This document shows positions 54,548 through 63,695 of a stretch of DNA of 64,000 bases, piece by piece. The translations under genes and the position numbers were made by a program. Positions within the stretch are counted from its first letter, which is position 1. Every line of letters begins with the position of its first letter. Origin of the DNA: Acutalibacteraceae bacterium (GTDB lineage Bacteria > Bacillota > Clostridia > Oscillospirales > Acutalibacteraceae); assembly GCA_045539955.1 (NCBI GenBank), contig JAZQGI010000011.1, positions 16,832 to 80,831 of the forward strand. The letters run 5' to 3'. Below the pieces are notes generated by a model, which worked only from the letters and a program-made list of their open reading frames with translations, was not told where the DNA came from and did no database searches.

Positions 54548-55942
54548 TTATCCTATAAATTCAAATCGGTTTATTATTTTATTGTCTCTGTAAAGAAAAC
54601 CGCAAAAATCAGTTTTTGGTCTTAGCCAGATTTTACCCTCACCGTAGAGTGCTTTATAAACAACAGTTTCTTCCAAGGTTTCACAATTATAAGCAATATC
54701 CAAAACTTCATATTCATTACCTTTAAAATGGCGGTATCTTCCCTTTTTAAGTTCCCCTGTCGGATTTTTTGGATTATAGGTTAATGAATAAACTTCCTTT
54801 TCAGGCGGTACAGCACCGTGAATTGCGCCCTGCTTAAAATCTATTGATTTAAGTCCATTGATGCTATTATACAACGCCATAACAGTCGACGGTGGGCATA
54901 CATAATCCCCAAGACCTGCTGTAATTTTAACAGGGCATTTTACAAGCATACCTTGAGTAACTGTGTCAAAATATCGTAGTCCCTCAGCAAAATTCGGCCT
55001 CCAGCCACGCATATAACCTTGCTCTATACCGCCTAAATCACAAAACCAAGGAATTCCAATTTCTAAATATGTAACACCCTTGATATGCGCCGCAACAGTT
55101 GTGGCTTGCAATGCGCCTTGACTTCCGCCTGTAATAACAAGATTTTCTTTATCCCATTTTTCAAGCGTCTTAAGAAATTTTACACCCATAAGATTTCTTA
55201 TTGCCATACCGCGCCAATAAGTAGTCAAATTTGATTTATTTTGCTCATCATCAAATCCGTAATCTTCACCTATTTCAGATTTATATTTTTCTATAAGCTC
55301 AATCTGCGGAATATTATTTTCAAATCCATGTGCGTTAACATACGCTGTAATACAATTTTCATTATAAATAGGACAGGCACTTTTTAAACCATATCCTATA
55401 AACCCAACCCGTAACGGTAATTTGCCCTCTCTTTCGGGTATGGTTAATACAAAAGATGAAGGTCTCCCCTCAGGACTCTTAATACGCACATCGTAAGCCT
55501 TGAAGCCTTTTCGTGCAAGAAGTTCTTCATATTTCAATACTTCTATAGGCGTATTTTCAATCAAATTCTCAACATCTTTCCAATATTCGTAAAAATCTTG
55601 GGGTAATGTGTCATGATACTCTATTTTCTCTACCTCGGCACCCGCGCTCGCATCGAGAACAGCAAAACTAACGTCGGCAACATTATCCTGATTAACAGCC
55701 TTGCAAACCAAATGAACAAAGCCAGGACGGTCAAGCGTTGTTTCTATAACAAGCGGTTTGTCTGTATCACAGCTTGCAAGACCTTTTTGCCGTTTGCCAT
55801 CGTCCCCCGTAATTTCCCAAAGGACATATCTGCAAGGAATATTATTACAGTTTTCCCTCGCAAAAACCTCAAATCTTATTTTTTCGCCACAGCAATAAGA
55901 AAGTGCCGGTTTATTAAGCTTACATTTAAAATATTTTGCCAT
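54548..55942 (-). CDS. CE7/AXE1-type acetyl esterase fused to a C-terminal DUF1653-like domain
   Basis: Nucleophile elbow ITGGSQGA. C-terminal GRYRHFKGNEYEVLDIA...ETVVYKALYGEGKIWLRP is the DUF1653 pattern (from memory). Start at ATG 55942 (MAKYFK). Confidence 0.6.
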   Translation of the reverse strand: MAKYFKCKLNKPALSYCCGEKIRFEVFARENCNNIPCRYVLWEITGDDGKRQKGLASCDTDKPLVIETTLDRPGFVHLVCKAVNQDNVADVSFAVLDASAGAEVEKIEYHDTLPQDFYEYWKDVENLIENTPIEVLKYEELLARKGFKAYDVRIKSPEGRPSSFVLTIPEREGKLPLRVGFIGYGLKSACPIYNENCITAYVNAHGFENNIPQIELIEKYKSEIGEDYGFDDEQNKSNLTTYWRGMAIRNLMGVKFLKTLEKWDKENLVITGGSQGALQATTVAAHIKGVTYLEIGIPWFCDLGGIEQGYMRGWRPNFAEGLRYFDTVTQGMLVKCPVKITAGLGDYVCPPSTVMALYNSINGLKSIDFKQGAIHGAVPPEKEVYSLTYNPKNPTGELKKGRYRHFKGNEYEVLDIAYNCETLEETVVYKALYGEGKIWLRPKTDFCGFLYRDNKIINRFEFIG

Positions 55943-55984
55943 TTTAAAGCCCCCAAAACGAAAGGTATGCCATACTTTAAGCAA

Positions 55985-56013
55985 AGTATAGCACACCCAT
56001 TTTTATTCGTCAA
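55985..56013 (-). promoter_or_regulatory. sigmaA promoter of the esterase gene (TTGACG-17-TGcTATACT)
   Basis: Minus sense: -35 at 56013-56008 (overlaps the clpC stop), TG-extended -10 at 55990-55985. Confidence 0.5.
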
Positions 56014-58442
56014 GAAATTTTAAACTTAAATTCGCCGTCAATAAAATCACATAAAACCGTATCGCCGTTTTTAATATCTCCCGCCAATATTTTTTCACTA
56101 AAAGCATCTTCGATTTTATTTTGTATTTCTCGTCTGAGCGGTCTTGCACCGTAAACTGCATCAAAGCCTTTTTCGGCTAAAGCTGATTTCACTGACTGTG
56201 CAAATTCAAGCTTTATACCAAGATTTTCAACCCTTTTTGCAAGATTATGGAGCATTTTTTCTGCAATTTCTTCTATCTCAGTTTTATTCAGCTTACTGAA
56301 AACAATAATATCATCAACACGATTCAAAAATTCGGGGCGGAAGGTATTTTTTAATTCGCCCAAAACAAGCTCTTTCACATCACGGTTTGAATCATCACTT
56401 TCAGTAAAACCAAAGCTTACCTTTTTATCAGTAATAAGGCGTGCTCCGACATTAGATGTCATAATAATTACAGTATTTTTAAAGTCAACCTTTCTGCCCT
56501 GACTGTCAGTTAAAATACCGTCTTCCAAAATTTGTAAAAGCATATTGAAAACATCAGGGTGGGCTTTTTCAATTTCATCAAAAAGTACAACAGAATAAGG
56601 ATTGCGCCTTACCTTTTCGGTAAGCTGTCCTCCCTCTTCAAAGCCTACATACCCAGGCGGAGATCCAACAAGACGCGACACCGTATGCTTTTCCATATAT
56701 TCCGACATATCGAGTCTTATCATCATATTTTCGTCGCCAAACATCGACACTGCAAGCGCTTTGCAAAGCTCAGTTTTACCCACACCCGTAGGACCTAAAA
56801 ATATAAACGAGCCTATCGGTCTTTTGGGGTCTTTAAGCCCCACTCTACCACGTCTGATAGCCTTTGCCACAGCGGTTACTGCTTCATTCTGACCGACAAT
56901 GCGGTTATGCAGTTCCTCTTCAAGATTTAAAAGCCTTTCGCTTTCTTCCTTTGTTAGTTGAACTACAGGCACACCCGTCCAGCTTGAAACAATTTCAGCG
57001 ATACTTTCTTCTGTCACCTTACCATTAGCGTGAATATTTTCATTGTGCCATTTTTCCTTTTCGGCTTCATATTTCTGCTTTAAATTATTTTCCTTATCAC
57101 GTAAAGCGGCGGCCTTTTCAAATTCCTGTGAATTTATTGCCTCGTCCTTTTCACTTTGGGTATTTTCAATCTGACTTTCTAAATCCTTTAAAGCTTCGGG
57201 CATTTCACTATTAGTAAGCCTTACCCTTGAGCCAGCCTCATCTATAAGGTCAATAGCCTTATCGGGGAGAAATCTGTCGGTAATATATCTTGCCGAAAGC
57301 TTAACAGCGCTTTCAATAGCAGAATCTGTTATTTCAACCTTGTGGTGTGCTTCATATTTGTTGCGAAGTCCTTTTAAAATAAGTATTGCATCTTCTTGAC
57401 TCGGTTCGGCAACGCTTACAGGCTGAAAACGCCGTTCCAGTGCCGAATCTTTTTCAATATTTTTGCGGTATTCTGTAATTGTAGTAGCACCAATAAGCTG
57501 AAATTCACCGCGCGCCAATGAGGGCTTTAAAATATTAGCGGCATCTGTCGAGCCTTCAGCAGAGCCCGCGCCGATTATAGTGTGAATTTCATCTATAAAA
57601 AGTATTACATCCTTCGCTTTAATCACTTCGTCTATAACGGCCTTTATTCTTTCTTCAAAATCGCCACGGTATTTTGTACCCGCAACCATACCTGTTAAAT
57701 CGAGTGTGAATAGTCGCTTATTTTCAAGAATTTCAGGCACATTTTTATCCACAATCCTTTGTGCCAAGCCCTCGATAATTGCAGTTTTACCCACACCGGG
57801 TTCACCTATAAGGCAAGGGTTATTTTTAGTACGTCGGCAAAGAATTTGTATTATTCTTTCAACCTCTTGTTCTCTGCCTATTACTGGGTCAATTTTACCT
57901 GATTTAGCGTCAGCTATCAAATCTCTGCCGTATTTTTCAAGAGTGGGTGTTTTGCTATCCTTGGATTTTGAATTCTGTACACCTATATTTGTATTTGAAT
58001 CCATACCCGAAGCCTTTAAAACACCTGTCGTCAAGCTTGCAACATCTACCCCAAGCTCGCCTAAAAAACGAATGGCATAATTATCCCCGTCTGAGAGAAT
58101 TCCAAGCAATAAATGCTCTGTACCGACAAACTTTTTGCCTGTACTGCTGCAGCTACTCATAGCCGATTCAATCACTCTTTTTGCACGGGGTGTAAAATAA
58201 TCAGGCGATAGCTTTGTAGGTGTGCCGCAGCCGATTTGGGAGCGTATCATCTGCTCAATCTTCTGGGCAGTAACGCCGTTTTTTTCAAGAACTACCGCAG
58301 CAACACCGCCGCCAATTCTTAAAAGACCTAAAAGCAAATGCTCACTTCCTACATAGGTATGTCCCAAAAGCTCTGCCGAATTTATTGCCCCGTTTAGCGC
58401 TTCATTGGCTTTTGCGGTAAATCCGTTAAAATTATATTTCAT
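56010..58442 (-). CDS. clpC: ATP-dependent Clp protease ATP-binding subunit ClpC
   Basis: 810 aa. Double Clp_N repeat, two AAA+ modules (GEPGVGKT and GPTGVGKT) and a UVR-like linker. Fourth gene after ctsR-mcsA-mcsB. Confidence 0.9.
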   Translation of the reverse strand: MKYNFNGFTAKANEALNGAINSAELLGHTYVGSEHLLLGLLRIGGGVAAVVLEKNGVTAQKIEQMIRSQIGCGTPTKLSPDYFTPRAKRVIESAMSSCSSTGKKFVGTEHLLLGILSDGDNYAIRFLGELGVDVASLTTGVLKASGMDSNTNIGVQNSKSKDSKTPTLEKYGRDLIADAKSGKIDPVIGREQEVERIIQILCRRTKNNPCLIGEPGVGKTAIIEGLAQRIVDKNVPEILENKRLFTLDLTGMVAGTKYRGDFEERIKAVIDEVIKAKDVILFIDEIHTIIGAGSAEGSTDAANILKPSLARGEFQLIGATTITEYRKNIEKDSALERRFQPVSVAEPSQEDAILILKGLRNKYEAHHKVEITDSAIESAVKLSARYITDRFLPDKAIDLIDEAGSRVRLTNSEMPEALKDLESQIENTQSEKDEAINSQEFEKAAALRDKENNLKQKYEAEKEKWHNENIHANGKVTEESIAEIVSSWTGVPVVQLTKEESERLLNLEEELHNRIVGQNEAVTAVAKAIRRGRVGLKDPKRPIGSFIFLGPTGVGKTELCKALAVSMFGDENMMIRLDMSEYMEKHTVSRLVGSPPGYVGFEEGGQLTEKVRRNPYSVVLFDEIEKAHPDVFNMLLQILEDGILTDSQGRKVDFKNTVIIMTSNVGARLITDKKVSFGFTESDDSNRDVKELVLGELKNTFRPEFLNRVDDIIVFSKLNKTEIEEIAEKMLHNLAKRVENLGIKLEFAQSVKSALAEKGFDAVYGARPLRREIQNKIEDAFSEKILAGDIKNGDTVLCDFIDGEFKFKIS

Positions 58443-58454
58443 ATTTTTCCCTTT

Positions 58455-59468
58455 CTATACCAAATATTCTCTAACCATATTTGCCCTGTAAATATCACGG
58501 TCTTTAGGTTCCAAAATACCGTATTTCTGCATAAGCATAAACGGTTGCGCCTCTACTAAAATCTTTAAAGGCGAAGCTTCAATATCAAGTATGCCCATAC
58601 TTACCCCGAGTTTTACACTTGAAAGCAAACTCATCATTTCATTACTTTGAAGTATCCTTGCATTTTGTAAAGTTCCAAGCGCCCTGAAGCAAACATCCTC
58701 AAGATTAAGGCGGTTTAAATTATTTCTGCTTTCTACCTCTTTATCAATTAACTGAGTAGTAATAATTTTCAAGTTATCAAGTGCGTTATTCTCGCTAAGT
58801 CCTAATGTAATCTGATTTGAAACCTGATAAAGCGATGCTATAGATTTTGAGCCTTCGCCATACATTCCCCTGACAGTAAATCCTATTTTACCGATAGATG
58901 AACCAAGACCTTCAATTTCACCGTTCCATTCAAGTGCTGGAAGATGAAGCATAACCGAAGCGCGAAGACCGGTACCAAGATTAGTCGGACATTCCGTAAG
59001 AAAGCCCAACTTACTATCAAAAGCAAAGTGTAGCGAATCATAAAGCAAAGTATCAATTCTTTCAGCAATATCATACGCCTCATTTAACTGAAGTCCCGCA
59101 AGAATAACCTGTATTCTTATGTGATCTTCTTCACCTATCATAATACTTATGCTTTCGTCACCCGACAGTATGATAGCTGTGGGCTCTGTTTTATTTGCAA
59201 ATTCGGGACTTATTATATGCCGTTCTACCATTGCATATTTTTGTGTTTCGGGAACATCACGCATATCAATATACTTTAACGTTTTAGCAAATGGAGTATT
59301 ACTTCCCAAAATTGCTTCCTTTACACGATTATTAAGTTCTATTCGTTGTTCGGCGGTCATTCTTGAAGGAAAAGGCAGTCCCTTTAAATTACGAGCAAGC
59401 CTTATTCGGCTGCTGACTGCAATACTGTCACAGGGTCCTGAATTCTTATACCAACTACTCATTTTCAT
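58455..59468 (-). CDS. mcsB: protein arginine kinase McsB
   Basis: 337 aa. Phosphagen-kinase-like core (ECPTNLGTGLRASVMLHLP). Confidence 0.85.
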   Translation of the reverse strand: MKMSSWYKNSGPCDSIAVSSRIRLARNLKGLPFPSRMTAEQRIELNNRVKEAILGSNTPFAKTLKYIDMRDVPETQKYAMVERHIISPEFANKTEPTAIILSGDESISIMIGEEDHIRIQVILAGLQLNEAYDIAERIDTLLYDSLHFAFDSKLGFLTECPTNLGTGLRASVMLHLPALEWNGEIEGLGSSIGKIGFTVRGMYGEGSKSIASLYQVSNQITLGLSENNALDNLKIITTQLIDKEVESRNNLNRLNLEDVCFRALGTLQNARILQSNEMMSLLSSVKLGVSMGILDIEASPLKILVEAQPFMLMQKYGILEPKDRDIYRANMVREYLV

Positions 59469-59943
59469 CCGCCTCCATTTCCTTGATTTTATCCCTTATA
59501 ATTGCGGCTTGTTCATAATTTTCTTCCCTTACCAAACGGTTAAGCTCATTTCGTAATTCTTCAACAGTTTCATTTTTTTGCACTACAACCAGCGGTGCGC
59601 TGTTAGGCACTTTACCAACGTGCTTAGTACTGCCGTGAACACGCTTTAAATAAGGCAAAAGTTCTTCGTAAAAGGTACTGTAACATTCGCTACAACCAAC
59701 CTTTCCGCTTTTTGCGATATCCGAAAATGTAGCACCGCAAACCGAACATTTACGTGTTTCTACAAAGCTTCCGTGATTTGAAATATCCCCAAACATTGAA
59801 GCGAGCATACCTGTAAGGCTGTTAGTAGCATAACCGGAAGATGCCGCACAGTAATCGCATAAATTATATTCTCTTACAATTCCGTTAACAACCGTTTTTA
59901 TATGGGTTGTAGCATGGTTTTTTCCACATTTTTCACAAAGCAT
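59455..59943 (-). CDS. mcsA: McsA (zinc-finger / UVR-domain activator of McsB)
   Basis: CxxC pairs (CEKCGKN, CDYC, CSVCG, CSECY) and a C-terminal UVR motif (EENYEQAAIIRDKIKE). Confidence 0.85.
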   Translation of the reverse strand: MLCEKCGKNHATTHIKTVVNGIVREYNLCDYCAASSGYATNSLTGMLASMFGDISNHGSFVETRKCSVCGATFSDIAKSGKVGCSECYSTFYEELLPYLKRVHGSTKHVGKVPNSAPLVVVQKNETVEELRNELNRLVREENYEQAAIIRDKIKEMEADENE

Positions 59944-59954
59944 AACAACTCTCC

Positions 59955-60407
59955 TTATATTTGTGATAACAGCATTTGTTTAAGCAATGCTGCACGTAAC
60001 GAATCTCTTAAAACAGGAGGTACGCTTTGCATAACTGTATTAGATACTGCAGCGCACATCAAGTCCGCCTGTTTTTGATCTATCAATGAAGCTTCAAGGC
60101 AATTTTCAATAACAATTCGGGTAGTAAGCGCGTCAATATGCTCACCTATTGAATTTATGATATGCATAAGAGCTGAAGTATTCTGAAGCATTACTCTCTT
60201 AATGCGTATATAACCCCCGCCACCGCGTCGGCTCTCGATAATATAGCCGTGCTCAGGCGTGAATCGTGAAGAAAGTACATAATTTATCTGGCTGGGCGCA
60301 CATCCCATAAGAGATGCAAACTCGTTACGCTGAATTTCCGCTGTATTCATTTCAGATTCATTAAGCATTTTTATTATTTCTTTTGTTATTAAATCGCTAA
60401 GTCGCAT
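59955..60407 (-). CDS. ctsR: class III stress-gene repressor CtsR
   Basis: 150 aa. RNEFASLMGCAPSQINYVLSSRFTPEHGYIIESRRGGGGYIRI is the CtsR winged-HTH and glycine-loop signature. Confidence 0.9.
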   Translation of the reverse strand: MRLSDLITKEIIKMLNESEMNTAEIQRNEFASLMGCAPSQINYVLSSRFTPEHGYIIESRRGGGGYIRIKRVMLQNTSALMHIINSIGEHIDALTTRIVIENCLEASLIDQKQADLMCAAVSNTVMQSVPPVLRDSLRAALLKQMLLSQI

Positions 60408-60420
60408 TAGTTTTCTCCTT

Positions 60421-60437
60421 TTTGACTTTCTCTGACT
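60421..60437 (-). promoter_or_regulatory. CtsR operator 1 (AGTCAGAgaaAGTCAAA)
   Basis: Direct heptad repeat matching RGTCADN-NAN-RGTCADN, between the -10 and the ctsR SD. Confidence 0.7.
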
Positions 60438-60440
60438 TTA

Positions 60441-60468
60441 ATTATACACGAAAGTCAGGAAAAGTCAA
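60441..60468 (-). promoter_or_regulatory. ctsR operon promoter (TTGACT-16-TATAAT) overlapping CtsR operator 2
   Basis: Minus sense: -35 at 60468-60463, -10 at 60446-60441. On the plus strand, 60452-60468 reads AGTCAGGaaaAGTCAAT, a second CtsR-type heptad repeat in the opposite orientation. Confidence 0.6.
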
Positions 60469-60539
60469 TACCTAAATTTTGTAACACCTGATTTTCTTTA
60501 GCATAGTATGTGATGAAGACAAAAAAGGAGGTCTTTTTA

Positions 60540-60662
60540 ATGTGTAATAATAATGGTTGTACTTGGATTATCATCTTAATCCTCATCCTCTTCTGCTGCG
60601 GCGGTTGGGGCGGCAATAACTGCGGTAACAACTGCGGTTGCGACAATGGTTGCGGTTGCTAA
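60540..60662 (+). CDS. 40-aa Cys/Gly/Asn-rich small membrane protein MCNNNGCTWIIILILILFCCGGWGGNNCGNNCGCDNGCGC
   Basis: Not in the ORF track. ATG 60540 with AAGGAGG SD 8 nt upstream. A central 12-residue hydrophobic stretch is flanked by C/G/N repeats. Followed by a strong terminator. A possible TTGTAA-17-CATAGT promoter lies at 60478-60507. Confidence 0.6.
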   Translation: MCNNNGCTWIIILILILFCCGGWGGNNCGNNCGCDNGCGC

Positions 60663-60676
60663 TTCATAACAAAAGT

Positions 60677-60702
60677 AAAAACCCCGTGTAAACGGGGTTT
60701 TT
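60677..60702. terminator. bidirectional terminator (small ORF / clpE)
   Basis: AAAAACCCCGT-gtaa-ACGGGGTTTTT. Confidence 0.85.
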
Positions 60703-60705
60703 ACT

Positions 60706-62997
60706 TTATGCAAATACTGTTTCAATTTTAATTTCATTCTCAGCAGTTGCTTTTATGGCAGAAATACTGCCCTCACTATTATCAACAATAATATCTACAA
60801 TTTTATTTTCAATCTCTCGACGGATAAGATTGCGAAGTTCTCTTGCGCCTCGCTTACCGCCGTCACACTTATGTGCTAAATATTTGCAAAGCTTATTATC
60901 ATAAGAAAAATCGATCAGTTTTTCTTTTAAAGCATCTTTCAATTCGTCAAGCATAAGTGCTGATATTTTAGTAAGGGTTTCGTGTGATAAGGGCGAGAAA
61001 ACAACAATTTCATCAACACGGGCAATAAATTCGGGGCGCAAAAAACTTTCAAGTGCTTTAAGTGCCTTTTCCTTTGTTGCCTGTGCTTCGGTTCTGCCGA
61101 AGCCCAAAAGATTTTCACTTTTCTCACTGCCGGCATTAGAGGTCATAACAATTACCGTATTTTCAAAATTAACAGTTCTTCCCTGCGCGTCAGTCACTCT
61201 GCCATCGTCAAGAATTTGCAAAAGAATATTAAGCACATCAGGGTGAGCCTTTTCAATCTCGTCGAAAAGCACTACTGAATACGGCTTTCTTCTTACCTTT
61301 TCAGTAAGCTGTCCCGCTTCGTCATAGCCGACATATCCTGGAGGCGCACCGATTATACGAGATACTGAATGCTTTTCCATAAATTCCGACATATCAAGGC
61401 GGATTAATGTTTCAGGAGTGTTAAAAAGCTGTTCCGATAGCACCTTTACAAGCTCGGTTTTACCTACACCTGTAGGACCGACAAATATAAACGATGCCGG
61501 ACGGTGAAGATTGCTTGTCTTCACGCGAGAGCGTTTTACTGCACTTGCAACAAGTTTTGTGGCTTCTTCTTGTCCGATAATACGCTTGTTGAGTGCATCT
61601 TCAAGTAATGCAAGCTTTTTAAGGTCGCTCTCTTGAATTTTAGTAGCAGGAATACCTGTCCAAAGCTCAATTACCTTTGCAATATCCATATCGGTAACAG
61701 TATTATTAAGGGTAGCACCACAAAGCTCGTCGGCCTGCTTTTTATATTTTTCAAGATCTGCCTTTATCATTGCCTGTTTTTCATAATCAGGATTTTCAAC
61801 TTCCTGTTCTAATTCTTCAAGCTTTATTGAATATTCCGCAACCTTTTTATTTGCTATATAAAGCTCATCAATGGCCTTATTAGCAAGACTCGCGCATGCA
61901 CACGCTTCATCTAAAAGGTCAATTGCTTTATCGGGTAAATAACGGTCAGTTACATAACGTTCGGATAACAAAACCGCTTTTTTAACAATATCATTAGGAA
62001 TAACGACATTATGGAAGCCCTCATAATAACCTTTAACACCCATAAGAATTTCTTCGGATTCGCTTAAAGAGGGTTCTTCTATTGTTACCGGCTGAAAACG
62101 GCGTTCAAGAGCCGCGTCCTTTTCGATATACTTTCTGTATTCCTTAAAGGTGGTAGCACCAATAACCTGAATTTCACCGCGTGACAAAGCCGGCTTTAAA
62201 ATATTAGCCGCATTCATAGAGCCTTCTGCCGAGTCACCGGCACCAACAAGATTATGAATCTCGTCAATGAAGAGGATTATATTACCCGCTTCCTTAATTT
62301 CTGCCACAAGACCTTTCACACGGCTTTCGAACTGACCGCGGAACTGTGTTCCGGCAACAAGACCTGTAAGATCTAAAAGATATATTTCCTTATCAAGAAG
62401 TCTTGCAGGTGCCTTTGCGTTAGCAATCAGCAAAGCTAAGCCCTCGGCAATAGCGGTTTTGCCGACACCCGGTTCGCCTATAAGACAGGGGTTGTTTTTT
62501 GAACGGCGCGACAAAATTTGTATCGTGCGGTAAAGCTCCTTATCTCTGCCGATTATAACATCAATCTTACCCATTTTTGCCTTTTCGGTAAGATTAGTGC
62601 AATATTGCTCAATAAATCTGCGGCGCTTTTTCTTTCCCTTTTCAGCTTCTTTTTCCTTAGTATTATTTGTTTCCTTTTCTTTGGTTTCGCCACCCAAATT
62701 GCCAAAAATCTTATTAAGAAACGGCATTGCAGGGGCAGTACCCAAATCAAAGGTTTCATCGTTTAATTCAGCATCTCCAGCTTCTTCGTTGAGAGCCATA
62801 ATGTCCATAAACTGATCGCTCATCTGCTCGATATCTTCATCAGATATATTCATTTTTTTGAGCATATCCTCAACAGGTTTCAGCCCCATTTCCTTAGCAC
62901 AAACAAGGCAAAGACCGTTTGGTTCGGCGCTTGGATTTGTCATATCCGAAAGGAAAACCACCGCCGGACGTTTTTTACATTTGGAACAAAGTTTCAT
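60706..62997 (-). CDS. clpE: Clp/Hsp100 ATPase with an N-terminal zinc ribbon (ClpE type)
   Basis: 763 aa. N-terminal CSKC...(22)...CLVC replaces the Clp_N repeats. Two AAA+ modules (GEPGVGKT and GPTGVGKT). Confidence 0.75.
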   Translation of the reverse strand: MKLCSKCKKRPAVVFLSDMTNPSAEPNGLCLVCAKEMGLKPVEDMLKKMNISDEDIEQMSDQFMDIMALNEEAGDAELNDETFDLGTAPAMPFLNKIFGNLGGETKEKETNNTKEKEAEKGKKKRRRFIEQYCTNLTEKAKMGKIDVIIGRDKELYRTIQILSRRSKNNPCLIGEPGVGKTAIAEGLALLIANAKAPARLLDKEIYLLDLTGLVAGTQFRGQFESRVKGLVAEIKEAGNIILFIDEIHNLVGAGDSAEGSMNAANILKPALSRGEIQVIGATTFKEYRKYIEKDAALERRFQPVTIEEPSLSESEEILMGVKGYYEGFHNVVIPNDIVKKAVLLSERYVTDRYLPDKAIDLLDEACACASLANKAIDELYIANKKVAEYSIKLEELEQEVENPDYEKQAMIKADLEKYKKQADELCGATLNNTVTDMDIAKVIELWTGIPATKIQESDLKKLALLEDALNKRIIGQEEATKLVASAVKRSRVKTSNLHRPASFIFVGPTGVGKTELVKVLSEQLFNTPETLIRLDMSEFMEKHSVSRIIGAPPGYVGYDEAGQLTEKVRRKPYSVVLFDEIEKAHPDVLNILLQILDDGRVTDAQGRTVNFENTVIVMTSNAGSEKSENLLGFGRTEAQATKEKALKALESFLRPEFIARVDEIVVFSPLSHETLTKISALMLDELKDALKEKLIDFSYDNKLCKYLAHKCDGGKRGARELRNLIRREIENKIVDIIVDNSEGSISAIKATAENEIKIETVFA

Positions 62998-63010
62998 TTT
63001 TTAAAGACTC

Positions 63011-63691
63011 CTAAAATACATTGGTTAAAAATTTAAAAAGAATAGTTTTATCTATATTTTCATTATTAAATATCCAAATACCGTTTTCGGTAAAAGAAAT
63101 AATCAAAAGAATTACTTCACATAAAATCAATGTGATTGCAACGCCCTTAACAAAGCCTAAAATACCACCCAAAGTGCTGTTAAGCTTTCCTACGATGCTA
63201 AACGAAAAAACTTTATTTAAAAGCTTTGCAAGAATTTTCACAATAAAAGACAAAAGAATTATAAGAATTACAGAATAAACCGTTTCTAAAATACCAACAA
63301 CAAGCGGCTTTATAACCTTTTGTGAAGTATTAACTAAAATAGTTTGTGCATTATTTTGCGCTTCCTGCGAGATAGATTCTTCCAAGGCTTGTTTTGAAAT
63401 ATTAAAATTGTGCGCATTTTCGGTTATGAAAGACGGCAGGCTTTCCCAAATAGCATCAACCGTTTGTGATGTGCTATCCGCTGCATTTTCACTGACTGAA
63501 TTTACTATGGCAGGTTCAATGCCCTTAGTATATGTAACATCGGCTAAAGGCTTGCTTACTGAAAATGCTATCAAGACAGCAGCAATAAAGCCTGCAACCT
63601 CTACCACAGCACGCACAAAGCCCTGTTTTGCGGATATAAGAGCTATTATAGCTATAATTCCAATTAAAATCAAGTCAATAATTAAATACAT
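63011..63691 (-). CDS. cvpA: CvpA-family membrane protein
   Basis: 226 aa. The N-terminal IIDLILIGIIAIIALISAKQGFVR pattern and four TM helices are typical of CvpA. Confidence 0.65.
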   Translation of the reverse strand: MYLIIDLILIGIIAIIALISAKQGFVRAVVEVAGFIAAVLIAFSVSKPLADVTYTKGIEPAIVNSVSENAADSTSQTVDAIWESLPSFITENAHNFNISKQALEESISQEAQNNAQTILVNTSQKVIKPLVVGILETVYSVILIILLSFIVKILAKLLNKVFSFSIVGKLNSTLGGILGFVKGVAITLILCEVILLIISFTENGIWIFNNENIDKTILFKFLTNVF

Positions 63692-63695
63692 AAAA

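Noticed and set aside
60455-60646. The 63-aa PQ-rich minus-strand ORF in the track.
   Set aside because: It is the antisense shadow of the GC-rich C/G/N codon repeats of the plus-strand 40-aa ORF. That plus-strand ORF has the SD, promoter and terminator. The minus ORF has none of these and would start inside the ctsR operator region.
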